Assembly: GCA_012295275.1 (NCBI GenBank)
Contig: CM022676.1
Coordinates: 17,732,001-17,796,000 of the forward strand
Length of the DNA stretch: 64,000 nucleotides
Direction of reading: 5' to 3'
Origin: Chrysomallon squamiferum
Taxonomy: Eukaryota; Animalia; Mollusca
The translations under genes and the position numbers were made by a program. Below, piece by piece: positions 1 through 13,900 of the stretch. Within the stretch, counting starts at the first letter, position 1. Each line of letters opens with the position of its first letter. Under the pieces are notes generated by a model. The model saw only the letters and a list, made by a program, of their open reading frames with translations, was not told the origin of the DNA and made no database searches.

Positions 1-285
1 CGAACTGACAGCAGACGAGAAAAATGTTTTTGAAGCCGCTGTGAAGTGGGCTGACAGCGCGTGCAGGAAGCAAGGAAAACAGACGAGTGAAAAAAACATG
101 CGCGAAGCACTGGGAGAGTTCGTGAAGCACGTGCGTTATCCATTACTTGATCAGACGTATTTTGTAAAAACATGTGATACCCACTCACATACTCACTGAG
201 ACAGAAGGATTCAAAATTACAAAACATTTCCTTTGTCCAGATGAAGATGTTTCACCTTTCAACTCAGACAAGAGAACTGCAATTA
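1..285 (+). pseudogene. BTB-BACK-PHR family copy 1 (BACK region only; frameshifted, PHR domain missing)
   Basis: Frame 2 reads ELTADEKNVFEAAVKWADSACRKQGKQTSEKNMREALGEFVKHVRYPLLDQTYFVK, nearly identical to the intact copy. An extra A in the A5 run at ~166-170 shifts the frame to HVIPTHILTETE...FNSDKRTA. Homology stops at ~285, just before the PHR domain. Confidence 0.9.
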
Positions 286-839
286 TGTTAAAGCTTATGG
301 AAATAAGAGGTCACCCAGATATATTTTATGGGGCGACTAATGTTTTTTACATCCCAATCGCCTATACGGAACTTTCGCTGAAATTCGGTGACCGGATATT
401 TGGAGCCCAGCATATTATCTCTCGTATTAAGAAATGTGTTTTGTAATACCAATTGATATTTTAATATTTTTTTAATATTTCAGTCAGAACATGTCACTAA
501 TTGCATCTTGTGATAACTTCTAACATTTTGTGACATTAGCTGTCACATGTTTCTTCATAATGCTTAGATCATACAATTTTAAATTTATAATTTTAATATT
601 TCAGCATGTTTTTATATATAACTATCTTATTCAGTTGTTCAACTGAGATTTGTCCATGTTTAAAATTTTTCAGATTAAATAATTAATATTTCAGCTACAT
701 TATTTTTCATATTATAGATATATAAATCCGTTTTTTTCTATCTTCAGTACTTGAGTATTTCAGAAACTGTTGCTGAAAGTGGAAATCTTCCCTCAACATT
801 TTTATTTTTGTTTGCTGCTGCTGATGTGATGTCACCTCT

Positions 840-1213
840 ATTTAAACTGACTCATGCAGAACGAGAATGTTAACAGCAGTATTCAGTATACTTAATCAAT
901 ATTTGTGAATACAATGTTTTGTGGCAGTGATTTTGTTTCTACATGATTTATATTTGACTATTTTGTCACATTGCTTAAAGTAATTACTGATTATTGATAG
1001 ATATAATAATTTTAAAAATGTAACTTTCAATTTATGGCTAATTTAAGAAACGAAATCTGCCTCTGCTGTCTAACGAAAACAAAAACTGATGCATTGTGGG
1101 TTTTTAAAAATATTTACATAATTTACTTTCTTATTTATTTAGTTATCTGCTTATTTACTTATTTCATTCATTGCTAAGCATTTACTTATTTAGCTACTTA
1201 CTTATCTCATTTG
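840..1213 (+). repeat. Direct copy of ~3071-3471, bracketed by a 28-bp duplication
   Basis: Near-identical ~370-bp segment. TGATGTGATGTCACCTCTATTTAAACTG occurs at 822-849 and 1212-1239. Confidence 0.85.
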
Positions 1214-2399
1214 ATGTGATGTCACCTCTATTTAAACTGGAAAATCATTCAGAGGTAGATCACTTTTAATTTTTCTAATTAATTACTATTTTTAATTTAT
1301 GAATATATGATTTATATAATAATTATTGTAAATGTTGTTTGAAAATTAAGCTTCAAAGATTGAGCAGACATAATTTTATTTTTCTCTTTTTGTCATTGTT
1401 GTTTTTTTATCAGAAAAGAAACAACTGAGATTTGCCTGAAAAAACTCAGAACTGAAAGCATGTTGCTCTGGTCAAAAGCTTTATATCATTTGTAAGAAAT
1501 TAAATATATTTATGCGTCAATTAATTATTCTGAAATATTCAAAGCAGATAAAAATAATAAAAAATAAATAGATAAAATTTTGGAAACCCGTTATTAATGA
1601 CTGCTAGTTTTTAGTTTAGTTCTTAGTATTATTTACTTATTTATTTTATTGTTATCATCATCATTACTATTTGAATTTTGTATTATTGTTATTGTCAATG
1701 ATAAACATTTAACATCTTTCGGGTGATGTTTTTAAACAAAAATAATTAACTTTGATAAGTTAAAGATAAATCTTTTAAATTTCATTATATCATATATTTT
1801 AGTTATTTCACTTTGTTCTCTGGTGTGAGACACTATAAGTCTCCCTGACTCTGAAGATTTCCGGCGAAACATCAGTTGACTACAGTCTGAACAAACTGGA
1901 GGAAGAATCCCAGCTTTGTTATAAAATCTTCATTTACATCCAGTTGCTCACACTTTCAGCAGGTACTGGCTTTTTAAGATTATACTTTGCTGTTGTTAAT
2001 GAAATGAAATACAATAAAATACAATAAATGAAATAAAATACAGTGAATTATATTACTAATACTATTAATTTCCAGCTTTTACCAAACTGTAACATGTTTT
2101 ATATCCAAAGATAGCAGTGTGCTTTAAAAATGTTAAATAAGATTTATATATTTTCTTTTTTACTTTTAAACAAAATGTCTATTTTGTTTCAGTTTTAAAC
2201 AGGAGAACCAGATCTATATTAAACAGTTATGCCTTTTTATGTTTTATTTTATTTTATTTTTTTAATGGTAATCTTCAAATAAACACAAACAAAATATACA
2301 AAAACGAAATAAAGAATATTATATTCAAAGCGCTCAAAATAAAAGGTCTTGATTATTTAAATATGAGTTTTTAATATTTCTGTGGCTCAAGAAGTGACA

Positions 2400-2479
2400 C
2401 TGGAACAGTTCTAATCTTTATCACTGTATCTTACTTGTTTGTGTCATGGGCAACTCCAAAGCATATAGGCAGAATTTGT
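2400..2479 (+). pseudogene. Type IV collagen NC1 exon remnant (first NC1 exon)
   Basis: Translates LYHCILLVCVMGNSKAYRQNL, compared with the NC1 motif LYHGYSLLYVQGNERAHGQDLG. Phase-1 GT donor at 2480 matches the next exon. Confidence 0.7.
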
Positions 2480-2755
2480 GTAGTTGATTGAATTAAATAT
2501 TTGTTCTTTCTATTGAGCTGTCGTAGTTTCATGTTCTAATGTTGAAGTTTGAACTAGAGGCATTGACTTTTTCGGATCTGATATAAAATAAACTAAATTA
2601 ATACAATTAAAATGTACTTTTCTTCAACTTCAAACAGTTATTAAAATTTTAGTTTTCTCAGGATACACATTTATTGAATGAGAAGATGGTTTAGGTTTAC
2701 AAAAACACCGAAAGAAATTTCTAATTAACAATCAAAAATAAACATTCCACTACAG

Positions 2756-2953
2756 GTTGTGCTGTCAGCTGTTTGAGAAGATTTACAACCATGTTTTATG
2801 TTCTACAACATCAACAATGTGTGCAGCGCAGCATCACAGAATGATTACAGTTACTTGCTGTCAACACTGGAGCCGACGTTGATGATGATGATGAATTGAG
2901 TGAGAGGTGAACAGACCAGGCAGACATCAGCAGTTTGTGAATCTCCAAACCCT
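2756..2953 (+). pseudogene. Type IV collagen NC1 exon (degenerate)
   Basis: AG/GT-bounded. Reads (G)[39 protein letters not shown]...VCESPNP, compared with COL4 NC1 [38 protein letters not shown]...VCEAP. Contains frameshifts and an in-frame TGA. Confidence 0.92.
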
Positions 2954-4147
2954 GTAAGTCCTGCCCTGTTCTCATTTACATAACATTAATATTCATTACT
3001 TAATCATAAATATTCATATTGTATTTGATATCTATTGTTTGAGGTAAGTAATTGTGAATACTAAATGATATTTAAAACTGACACATGTAGAATAAAAATG
3101 TTAACATTTAGTAGCATTCAGTATATATAATCAATACTTGTTTGTGAATACAATGTTTTGCGGCAGTGACTTTGTTTTTACATGATTTATGTTTGAATAT
3201 TTTGCCACATTGCTTAAAGTAATTACTGATTAGTGATAGATATAATAATTTTAAAAATGTAACTTTCATTTATGGCTAATTTAAGAAACGAAATCTGCCT
3301 CTGCTGTCTAACTGAAACAAAAACTGATGCATTGTGGGTATTTAAAAATGTGTATACTTTTTAAAAATATTTACATAATTTACTTTCTTATTTATTTCAG
3401 TTCTCCGCTTATTTACTTATTTCATTCATTGCTAAGCATTTACTTATTTAGCTACTTACTTATCTCATTTGTTTCAATTGTTCTTTCTTTATTGTTGGTG
3501 TTATTATTTTTTATAACTGACAATATTTTAAATATATACATACACATGCACACTCAAACACCTTATTACTATTATTGTTATTCTTAGTGTTATTGTTACT
3601 ATTATTATTATTATTACTATTATTATTATTATTTTAATTCCAAATTTTACTTTCAGGATTTGATTTATAGTGATCAGAAAGTGCAGGAGGCCCTATTGAG
3701 GTCAAAATCTAATGTGAGCTTCACCAGCAAGGTAATAGACAGTTATATTGGTTAAATTATGAAAATCAAATAAAACTAAAATAAATAATTTCTTTATGAT
3801 TAATTCTTTAAAGATGAAATTATAATAGTAATTCTAATCATTATTTTTATCTCAGACTGTTTACATTATTAAACTATGTTATCTTATTAATGAATCATTC
3901 TAAAACATTATACGATTACATTTTTAAAATAGTTTTAAATTAATGATTCTGTATTTTATAATATCAGTGTCCACACATTGTACCTGACATTGTATCAAAA
4001 AAAACCATTTAATTAAATTATTTGTTATTTAGAAAATATGGAAATATAAATAAATGTCAGTTGCTCTGTATATTTTGGTCAAAACAAAAAGTAAAATAAA
4101 ATAAAAATTAATATTATTAATAATTTAGAAATACTGATCTTTTATTG

Positions 4148-4312
4148 TGGTGTAAATAGTGTGAAAGGTGTGCACTGGCTAAGCTGCCACAACTCAAACT
4201 GAAACTACCTTTGGAACATCACTTTACTACCAGACGTCTTGAGATTGTAGGCGTCGATTTCATAGTGATGGAGCCATCTTCTGGTGGCAAAGAAAATGTC
4301 TTAAACATGACT
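4148..4312 (+). mobile_element. Gypsy-type LTR retrotransposon integrase fragment
   Basis: WCK*CERCALAKLPQLKLKLPLEHHFTTRRLEIVGVDFIVMEPSSGGKENVLNMT: the CxxC end of the integrase zinc finger, followed by the first catalytic-Asp strand. Confidence 0.8.
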
Positions 4313-5984
4313 TTATGTTTTCTAGTACTTATTTTGTTTGTAACATTTAAAAATTCTTACTTGATCTCTGTTGCTGATGTACGACAGCATGACATTCATC
4401 TTATCTAGAGAAAATATCACCACATTCCTTCCTCTCTACAAACATAAATACAAATATAATTAATACATAGTGTCTTAGAATGACTTTGATATTATCATTT
4501 TGACCTGGAAAACAGAAATGTCTGCAGATTGTGTTGCATGGTTTAATTATCTAAATCTGTTGTATTTTCTAGATTCAATGATTTTCTGTCTGAAATGCTT
4601 AATTACGTGTGCACACATGGACAGGAAGACACATGTCAATTTCTTTTATAATGGAACCAGAAAATACAAATACAAATAATAATAATAATAATAGAAACTT
4701 AATACAGCTTCATTATGACATCTACAAAACATTTATCGACAGTTTTAATGTGTCTTGTTTATCTAGTTATAATATATTACAATTCATTTTACATCTTAAG
4801 TTTTCTTATTTGCAATCAAATATTATTCTTTAACAAAGTCCCTAATATTAATCCAGAATGTCTTTTCTTTATTTCTTTTTTACTTTAGAATCCTGAAGAT
4901 TATCTGCATACGGCGGTCCCACGATATCGCTGTACTTAACTATTTGGAAGAAATAATGAAATATACTTGCATATATGAAGGCAAACATACTTAGGTTTGC
5001 AATTTTTGAATCATGTCCATGTCATTGTGTTAACAAATAAATGCAGTTAAAACATTAAAACAGTTGGTGAAAGTTCAACATTGCACTGGCTTCCATTCAA
5101 GGGAGGTTATCACGATGTCGCGGTAAATCGCAAACTTTACAATACGGTGGACCGAACGGGTAAAAAATTGCTCTTTTTGTACACACATTCTTAGTAATGT
5201 CTAGTAAATTAACTTCAACAGAAGAACGAAGAATCAACTTAAAATATTTCGTTTTCTAATTGTAGTAACGTATTTGTTTCCAATGGAAAAGTCGGTAGTA
5301 ATAATTATTCTTATGCAAGACTGTGTGGACATTTAGAAATACTACCAAGACTCAACACTCTGACTTTAGAACAATATATTAAGTGTGACCAGTGAGTACA
5401 GATATCGCATTTTGCCCATTTCACAATGAGTCTATAATCTAGCACCATCTTAAGTTGAGATTAAACAAGCCTTTTTCAATAATTCTGAAATTGCCTTGAT
5501 TAAACACTGAAAAAATGTATTATTAATTTAATAAAAATATATGTTTTATATCTTGCCATTTATTTAGTAAAGCAAAAATATTAATTATATTTATGTTTAT
5601 TTCAATATATTTCATTTTTTTTTATTTTATTGTTTTTTCTCTCGTTTTTAATGCCCTGAAAACGGTGATGATGCGATTGAAAAAGAATGCAAGGATTAAA
5701 CGAGTAAACATGCAAAAGAAAATGTAAAACAAGATACAGAATAAAAAATGGGACAGAGAAGCAATAGAATGAAAACATAGCAAATATAATTAGAATAAAA
5801 GAACGAGAGACAATAAAATAAAATAAAATAAAATCGACTGCTTAGAAAATAAGATGAGTATCTCAAACGTTATGGGCATTCATTTGAACGTCACTCTAAT
5901 GTAATTTGTTTACTTTTGTTTACTTTTGCACACTGTATTTATTTTGTTTTACTTTCTTTTTTTTTTTTTTTTTTTGCTTTCTTT

Positions 5985-6155
<171 letters not shown>

Positions 6156-6564
6156 GTATAGATTAACTGGCTTTACTGGTATGGGGAAATATCAAATACA
6201 AATAGAGATACCAACACGCGCGCGGGCACACACACACAAAGGGATTTGTGGTTGGTTTTAGAAAACAACCGCAAGGGCACCGGCTAACTGTCGACATCCG
6301 AATAAATCGTAACCACAATTTACAATGGAAAAACAACAACAACAACAGCTACAACTACAGCATAAACTTGTTCTGGATAAATCGCTAGATCCTATTTCAC
6401 AAACAAAATGTTAAAAACGGATGATAAACGAAGAAACAATGGCGTATGAATAATAATAATTAATGTATTATTAGATACTTCACTGCCCGTTTGACCATCA
6501 GCTTCAAAGCACGCTAACACGCGCACGCACACACTCACACACACAGACACAGAAAAATATGTAT

Positions 6565-6680
6565 ACACCAAACTGTAACGATTACTACAATACAGAATCG
6601 TATTGTGATACAAAGGCTTCGATACGATACATCGATTCGGGAAAGATGTGTCCCGATACAATACGATGCATCGATGTTTT
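6565..6680. mobile_element. Probable non-autonomous DNA transposon end with CGATAC subterminal repeats
   Basis: Clustered CGATAC/ATCGAT motifs; no partner terminal inverted repeat found. Confidence 0.35.
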
Positions 6681-8236
6681 AATAAATTTGGCATGAAGTT
6701 AATGGAGATATTTACAAACGTACAGAGAAAACGTAACATCCATGTTTCGCCGCTGTAAATACCGAACGTTTCAGGTTACTATTAACAGTCCTCGAGGTTG
6801 TTATCGTCACGTAACCTGTACACCATCATCACGAAGACATGGAGGAAACGGGAACATTTATTTTTATTTGTTTATTTATTTATTTATTTAATGAAATATA
6901 CTTTTCAGAAAAATTAATATTTTCATTATTCAGGCAAACAAAGTATATATATATAAAACATTCAGAAAAATGGCGTCCAGGAAGAACGTTATACCGCGAT
7001 TTGTGCGATGCTGCTGATGCGCCATTTCTGCGATATTTCGGGTTTCAGTTATTATGTCGAAGAAGGGAGAAAAACTCAAGAAAAGTCAAGAGTCATGTAC
7101 AGACACTGCGCGTCAACTCTGAAATACTCTGGCAATACAACAAATCTGTTAACAACAGACGTACAGAGTCACCACTCGGCCTGGTACAGCGCTTGTACAA
7201 ACTGAGTCTGAGTCTGTTTTCAGATGGCACTATCATCAGTAGATCCGCCCGTAGGACTCAATCTACCAAATTCGGACAAACGCAGACTCTCTGTATCGTA
7301 GACTAACTTGGTTTCTTAGATAACTTAAGTCTTAAATCTTTGAGATTAAAGTTTTCGTACAGTTTTAGCAATAATGATTTAGTATTTATCTTCTCTTTCC
7401 ACAGTTTAAACAGCAGCGGCTCTCTCATTTGTGCCTTCATTGAACTAAATATTTATTTATTTATTTATTTATTATTTTTATTGTTGTTATTGTTGTTGTT
7501 GTTATTATTATTATTATTTTATTTATTTATTTATTTTTATTTATTTTTTTTTGTACATTTTATTTCAGATATTTTATGTTTCAACTTTAGACGCATTTTT
7601 CAAAGTAATTTCAGTAATATTATTCCATTTTAAGATGGTTAAAGCGTCATAGCCTGTTACTTTAAAAAACAAAATTAAATTAAATGAAAAAACCTAGAGA
7701 TGTGGCTAACAATTCTGAACATCAAAGCATAATTTTCTTTATACATGTATCTTGTTTTTCAGTCACAAGTATTTTAAATATTTAGTGGTAAAACTTTGTA
7801 AAGAAGCAGTGATGAGAATCAATGTATGTGTGTTGGTCTTTTACCATGATCTTCTGGAATACACAAACTCCGGCTAAAGCTTGGAGCCCACTTTGGTGTT
7901 GCAGGTAACAAGTGAAGGTGCACAAATGGCGGTTTCACAGAAGTCGAAGATTTCAAAAAGTTACACTACTGAGATTTAACAGTTAAATACAGCAAAACTC
8001 ACAAATTTATAAAATAGTTTTTTGGTCAGAATTTAATTTAATATATATATTTACTTATATTTATATACCTTCAATTCACAAAGAAGGCAGTAGCTAATAG
8101 AAACACATCAGACGCCATATTGGATGTTAATGATTCGGTTTGTCTGATTATACATCAGTTATTGGATGTTAATGATTCGGTTTGTCTGATTGTACCGAGT
8201 TCATGATTCTCTCTTTTTTCTCTCTCTCTCTCTCCT

Positions 8237-8350
<114 letters not shown>

Positions 8351-9206
8351 GATAATGTTGACTTTGTACTAAAGTAAATTTGTTTAACTCCAGGTAAGAA
8401 AGGCGAGACAACGCAGTGAACTTTAATATTGACAAAACAGATTAGTAGGTCTCGTTTCGCTCACTCGTGTTTTAATAACAAGAAAACTGAACACAGATAC
8501 CAAATATTTCAATCTCTGTCGTAGAAATAATCGAATTTACGATATATAATACAGTTAATTCAAATGCAACCAAATTTTATTAAATTAAACAAATCACTTT
8601 ACTAATTTCATGTATATATATATATAATTATATATATAATTAAAGACAAGTTATTATTAAGGTTATTACGGTAGATTTTCCTTTTTCTTCATCTGACCTA
8701 CTTAAAATATTGGGGTTATTTTAAGGTTGGAGCAAATTTTTGCAACTGAACATGTTTTTGTTTTTTTTATTTACTATTATTAGTATTCTTTTTCTTAATT
8801 TCTTTTTACATTTTTACTGTTTTTACATTTAAACTGATAACGTGTCTTCAGTTTAATTAGAAGTTATTTCTTTTTAATAGATCAGTGATTCAGTACTTTT
8901 GTTATTTTTGGCGTGGCTTTACTTTTTATTTAGAAATATAATAAAAGTAATATTACTAATTTACCTTGTAGGGCCACCCTTACTACTTATAATTTTGTTA
9001 TTGTTTTTATTATTATTGTTGTTGTTATTATTTTTTTTTGTTAACATGTTTATTTATATATCTGTTTATATATATATTTGCTTGCTGTTTATTAATATAT
9101 TTATTTATTCATTATTATTATTTCTTTTAAATTTAATTCTTGTTCATTTTTTTTTGTATCTATTTATCGTTTCTATGCTGGCGTGTAAATGTGTTATTTA
9201 TTAAAA

Positions 9207-9309
<103 letters not shown>

Positions 9310-9607
9310 AAGCTGAATTTATACTAAAGTAATCTTTATCTCTAAGTAATGAATTTAAGACAACTAAGTAAACTTTAGTGTTGACAAAACAGATTACATT
9401 TCTCTCACTCTGTTTTAGATGACTTTGTACTAAAGTAATCTTAATCTCTAGGTAATGAATTTAAGACAACTAACTAAACTTTAGTGTTGACAAAACAGAT
9501 TAGAGATCTCTCTCTGTCTTAGTTGACTTTGCACTAAAGTAATCTTCATCTCAGGGTAATAAATTTAAGACAACTAAGTAAGCTTTAGTGTTGACAAAAC
9601 AGATTAG
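9310..9607 (+). repeat. Tandem ~104-bp repeat (3 copies; related copy at ~8360-8445)
   Basis: Recurring ACTAAAGTAATCTT...AATTTAAGACAACTAA...TTTAGTGTTGACAAAACAGATTA. Confidence 0.9.
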
Positions 9608-10569
9608 TAGGTCATGTTATCAGTAACACGTGTTTCAGAAACAAGCTGAAGAGAGAGGACAAACATTTCAAAACTTGTCTTTCTGTACAGAATCTAGTTG
9701 TTCATATGCAAACACATTTAAATCGATGAAACACAGGAAATTTACAATATTAAACAATGAAAAATTGATTACAAAATGTTAGTATTATTATTACCTGATT
9801 TGTTTTTACAGATAGATTCTTTGTTCATGACAGGATTAATGATTGTGTAACCAAAATAATCCTCTTTTAACGATTCAAATCAAACCAGAAGTTTATTTTA
9901 TTTGTTTTTGAAAGTGTATTAAATAGCTTATTTCAGATTCTTCAATGTTCTACTGATGGACGAAACATGTAATTGAGATGACGTACATATATTCCGTTTT
10001 AATTACAACAGCAGTAGACATGTATTACAAAAATAATTACTGTAATAATTACAGTTATATCTGCCAATTAAATTTCTGTTATAAATATTTTCCTTGGTTT
10101 TTATTTGTCAGTGTTTATACTTTCTAGTCTTAATCTATTTACAGTAATGAAGACTTCGATGCCCGTTTTGTCACCCACAGAAATTAATCGATTGTACTTT
10201 TGATTGTTTCTGTTCATTTCCTTTCAAGACTTTTCAAATAATTCTAGCGTTTCTTAATTACATTACTAAATCTAGTTTCTACCAATACTGCACCAATAAT
10301 AATAACATTTTCTTTGAAACTGTTTCTAATTAATACATTCCTCTTGTATGTATTAACTGTATATAATTAAAATAAAGTAATAATTTAGACAAACACATAT
10401 TTATTTATTTATTTATTTATTTGTTTATTTGATTTTTTATTAGTTCAGTTTGATTTCAGTTTTCTAACACTTAGTATCCTATATGCAGAGCGATATGATG
10501 TCTGCAGTGCTAAAATTAAGTATTGTGACGTCATCTTTCTAAAATTGATTACAATACAAATCACTTTTA

Positions 10570-12150
10570 CACACACAGACAGACACACACACGCTTGCGT
10601 TTTAACGTAACAAGAACAGTAACAACAACTTCGATGTATATATATATATGTATTTCCTCTTTCTCTCATACGTACAAACAACGAAAAATATGTAAAGGAA
10701 TACATAGAAATGAATAAATAACTACAAACATAATTAAAATAAATGAACAAACAAACAAATAAATAAATAAATAATGAATACAGAAGTAAGATCAAGAGAA
10801 TTAGCAGGTTAAAACAAAGAAGACAAACCAAAAACCCGAGATAGGAAAAACGTGACTACGTATTAAATTTAATATCTCAATGAAAATCTTAGACGCGAGT
10901 TTTAAATGCAGGTGTTACAGATTAGGTTTTGTCTTCTGTTTACTCTGCACGTTGAAGTCAGCTTAAACAAGGGACTGATTCACAATAATCTAAGGTGAGG
11001 GTGACAGGGCCGGTACTGAGATTTGTAGAAATAATATTGCAAATGTTTTTCTGTGTCTGTTGCTTTATTTATTTTTTTATTTTTTATTTTTTATTTATTA
11101 TTTATTTATTTATTGAAACAGAACAAAAATTATTTTTATGTGTAGCTTTTCGCTTTTGGCTCCACATCCGTTGAGAGAGACAGAGAAAGAGATTTCCTGC
11201 ATGAACTATGTTCCTGGTTTTGTTGTTTAGAAAAGTAGAATGAACAATGAATGGCTGACTAACACTACTTATTTTGTTTTGTAAATGGCAAAAGTTCTGT
11301 AAAGATTAGAATCTAGCTCACAGACGCACTACATTTCACACACAGCAAGAGGAGTTTTATGTTTTACACTGTGTGGATAATAGTTATTTGATGTCGTTAG
11401 ACAGTGGTTGGGAACAGAGCCGGATTAACAACGTAGCAGATGTAGCAAATGTTCGGGTTCAGGGACCCGCGGATCACTTTTTTTTTTTTCACTCACGTAG
11501 TGTAGTAAGATGTTCATGCACCGTGACGTCAGAGATCACAGCAAGCAATCATGTTTTACAGACTGCACGGGGGAGCGTTCGTTTTCCTAACTGCGCCGAG
11601 TACAAAATGCAGAAAGAAAAACGTTTAAATGTGCTGACGTTGATGAGAGTCCAGTGTGAGTTGTTGAGAACGGTTGACACTATTTCCATTATAAAAGACT
11701 TTGCTCATATAAAATCTCGAAGGCGCGATATATAATTTAATATGTGTCTGAATCACATTTGTCTACTGTTGGCTAGATTGCTTTTGTTTCCACAATGCAT
11801 AGGACTGATTGTTCAAACATTAAGGTGTCGTTACTATTTGATATTTAAAATAAAGGTACAATGGAAAGTAGTTTGACTTTGAACTGTTAGGTTTAAAAAC
11901 ATCACGATATGAACGAGTGAACTGGAAGATTATGAAAACCATCGAAGCGACAACTTGTATTGTTTATACTGGCCAAATTGGATGTTTTTATAGTCATGAT
12001 TTTCAGATAGTCTGGTTCGACAAAATATTCATTCAAGTTATCTATAAACGATGTAGATTAAGAGAAAACAAAGTAATATTAAGATTATGAAAAAAAAAAG
12101 TTGAATATTTTCTCCAAAAGCTGTCTTTAATTTTACATATTCTGTGTTAA
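10570..12150 (+). repeat. Segmental duplication unit (direct copy at ~26500-28460)
   Basis: 10830-11030 is almost identical to 26730-26930. 11030-11476 matches 27230-27655. 11860-12150 matches 28170-28460 and 13500-13760. Confidence 0.9.
11414..11735 (+). mobile_element. hAT transposon remnant (terminus plus C-terminal dimerization domain)
   Basis: Starts CAGAGCCGGATTAAC. Encodes TDCTGERSFS*L and RLNVLTLMRVQCELLRTVDTISIIKDFAHIKSRR, matching the hAT dimerization motif ERSFS...RLN.L.L. Confidence 0.75.
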
Positions 12151-12932
12151 TGTATAGGGATATCTTCGTCTATATATATATAGATAATGATACACGGATA
12201 CAAACCCACACAAAGTTCGTGACGAAGATCGATTATACACGGATACATGTCTTCGATTATCACAAAACACGGTTAATTATGAAACTGTTTCATTAGATAC
12301 ATTTCTTTTACATATCCAAACTAAAACATATTTTATTAAACCACTAATTTGTATTTGTATGTAATCTTGAGATTATCTAGTTTCATATATGAGATAGAGG
12401 AAAGATAAAATAACGTAAAGCATTAAATAAATTTATATTAATAATTATAATCTGTAAATAACCTGCATTTAAATTTGATATATGAACCTTTAAATACATA
12501 TTTTTATTTGTTTTATATATTTTTTTAATATTATAATATTTTTAAATTTCATACTTACTTTAATTACCGGCTAGAGTACAGCCAGTTTTGACTGATAAAC
12601 TAACACAGCTTTGAAATGTGTCAACCCGCGTGTCTTAGCTTTTATGTTTGATTTCTTGACAAATCACCAGAGAGAATTCCAAACTTTTTCCTTGATCTCA
12701 TAAGTTTCGCGGCATCTGGTAAGATACTTTTCTTCTTCTTCTTTTTCTTTTACCGTCAGTAGGCAGTGTAGTCTGTGTCATTAACGGTATTCTGTTTAAC
12801 ACACACACAGACACATAGACAAACACACACACATATATATTTATTTATATCAACATAACAACCTGATTGTTCTATAAAATTGTAAATAATTTAGTTGCGC
12901 TCACACATATATATATATCAAAATGCAGTTTC

Positions 12933-13118
<186 letters not shown>

Positions 13119-13758
13119 TGGTTTAAAGTTGGAGATTATTGTGTTGACTACAGAACAGGAAATCACGTCTCCATCCTGGTACAAGCCAAACACGAATATC
13201 AGAATATTCCGATAAATGTAACCATGGTTACCTGTAAACCATTGTATTTCACTGTTGTTAGTTATATACTGATCACGTGATTCGTTTTTCAATGTGAACG
13301 TGAAATCACCGTTTGTGTTGTTTGTTGATATGTCAAAAACATTTTCCGTTATCATTAAAAAACATTTTTATTTCCCTCAGTTGTGACTCTCTGCGGACTA
13401 TTTGATATACAAAGCAGTGCTAATGTTTATTACTAAAAGTATTTTATTCTCTAAAAATTCTGTAATGATTAGAATGTAGCTTACAGGCGCACAAGCGTCA
13501 CAACATTATGAAAACCAGCGAAGTGATAACTTGTATTACTCATACTGGCCTGTAGGATGGTTTTATATTCATGATTTCCAGACAGACTGGTTCGACAAAA
13601 CATTCATTCAAGAATTCGATAAGCGGTGTAAATATACAGAAAACTAAATAATATTAAGATAATAAAGGAAAAAGTTGTATACTGTTTCCAAGGGCAGTCT
13701 TTAGATTTACAAACGTTGTGTTAATGTGTGAAACACGATACATATTCTCATTTTAGTG

Positions 13759-13794
<36 letters not shown>

Positions 13795-13900
13795 ACACAA
13801 CATATACAGACGATCATTCTCTGTTTATGGTTATGTGTGTGTATGTGTGTATATGTGCGTATCTGTGTATATGTGTGTATGTGTGTGTATGTCTATGTGT

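Larger units (their letters stand above)
423..4900 (+). mobile_element. Mosaic CpG-depleted block A (putative gene-capturing element; ends unresolved)
   Basis: 423-590 and 2500-3160 match 46761-46600 and 45860-45130 in inverted orientation. The block contains collagen IV exons and a Gypsy integrase fragment, and follows the truncation point of BTB copy 1. Confidence 0.55.

Noticed and set aside
288-300. TTAA-AG start suggesting a Kolobok or piggyBac terminus for block A
   Set aside because: No matching inverted terminus followed by TTAA was found in or after block A.
2400-2953. A functional collagen IV gene
   Set aside because: Stops and frameshifts are present, most exons are missing, and unrelated sequence is interleaved.
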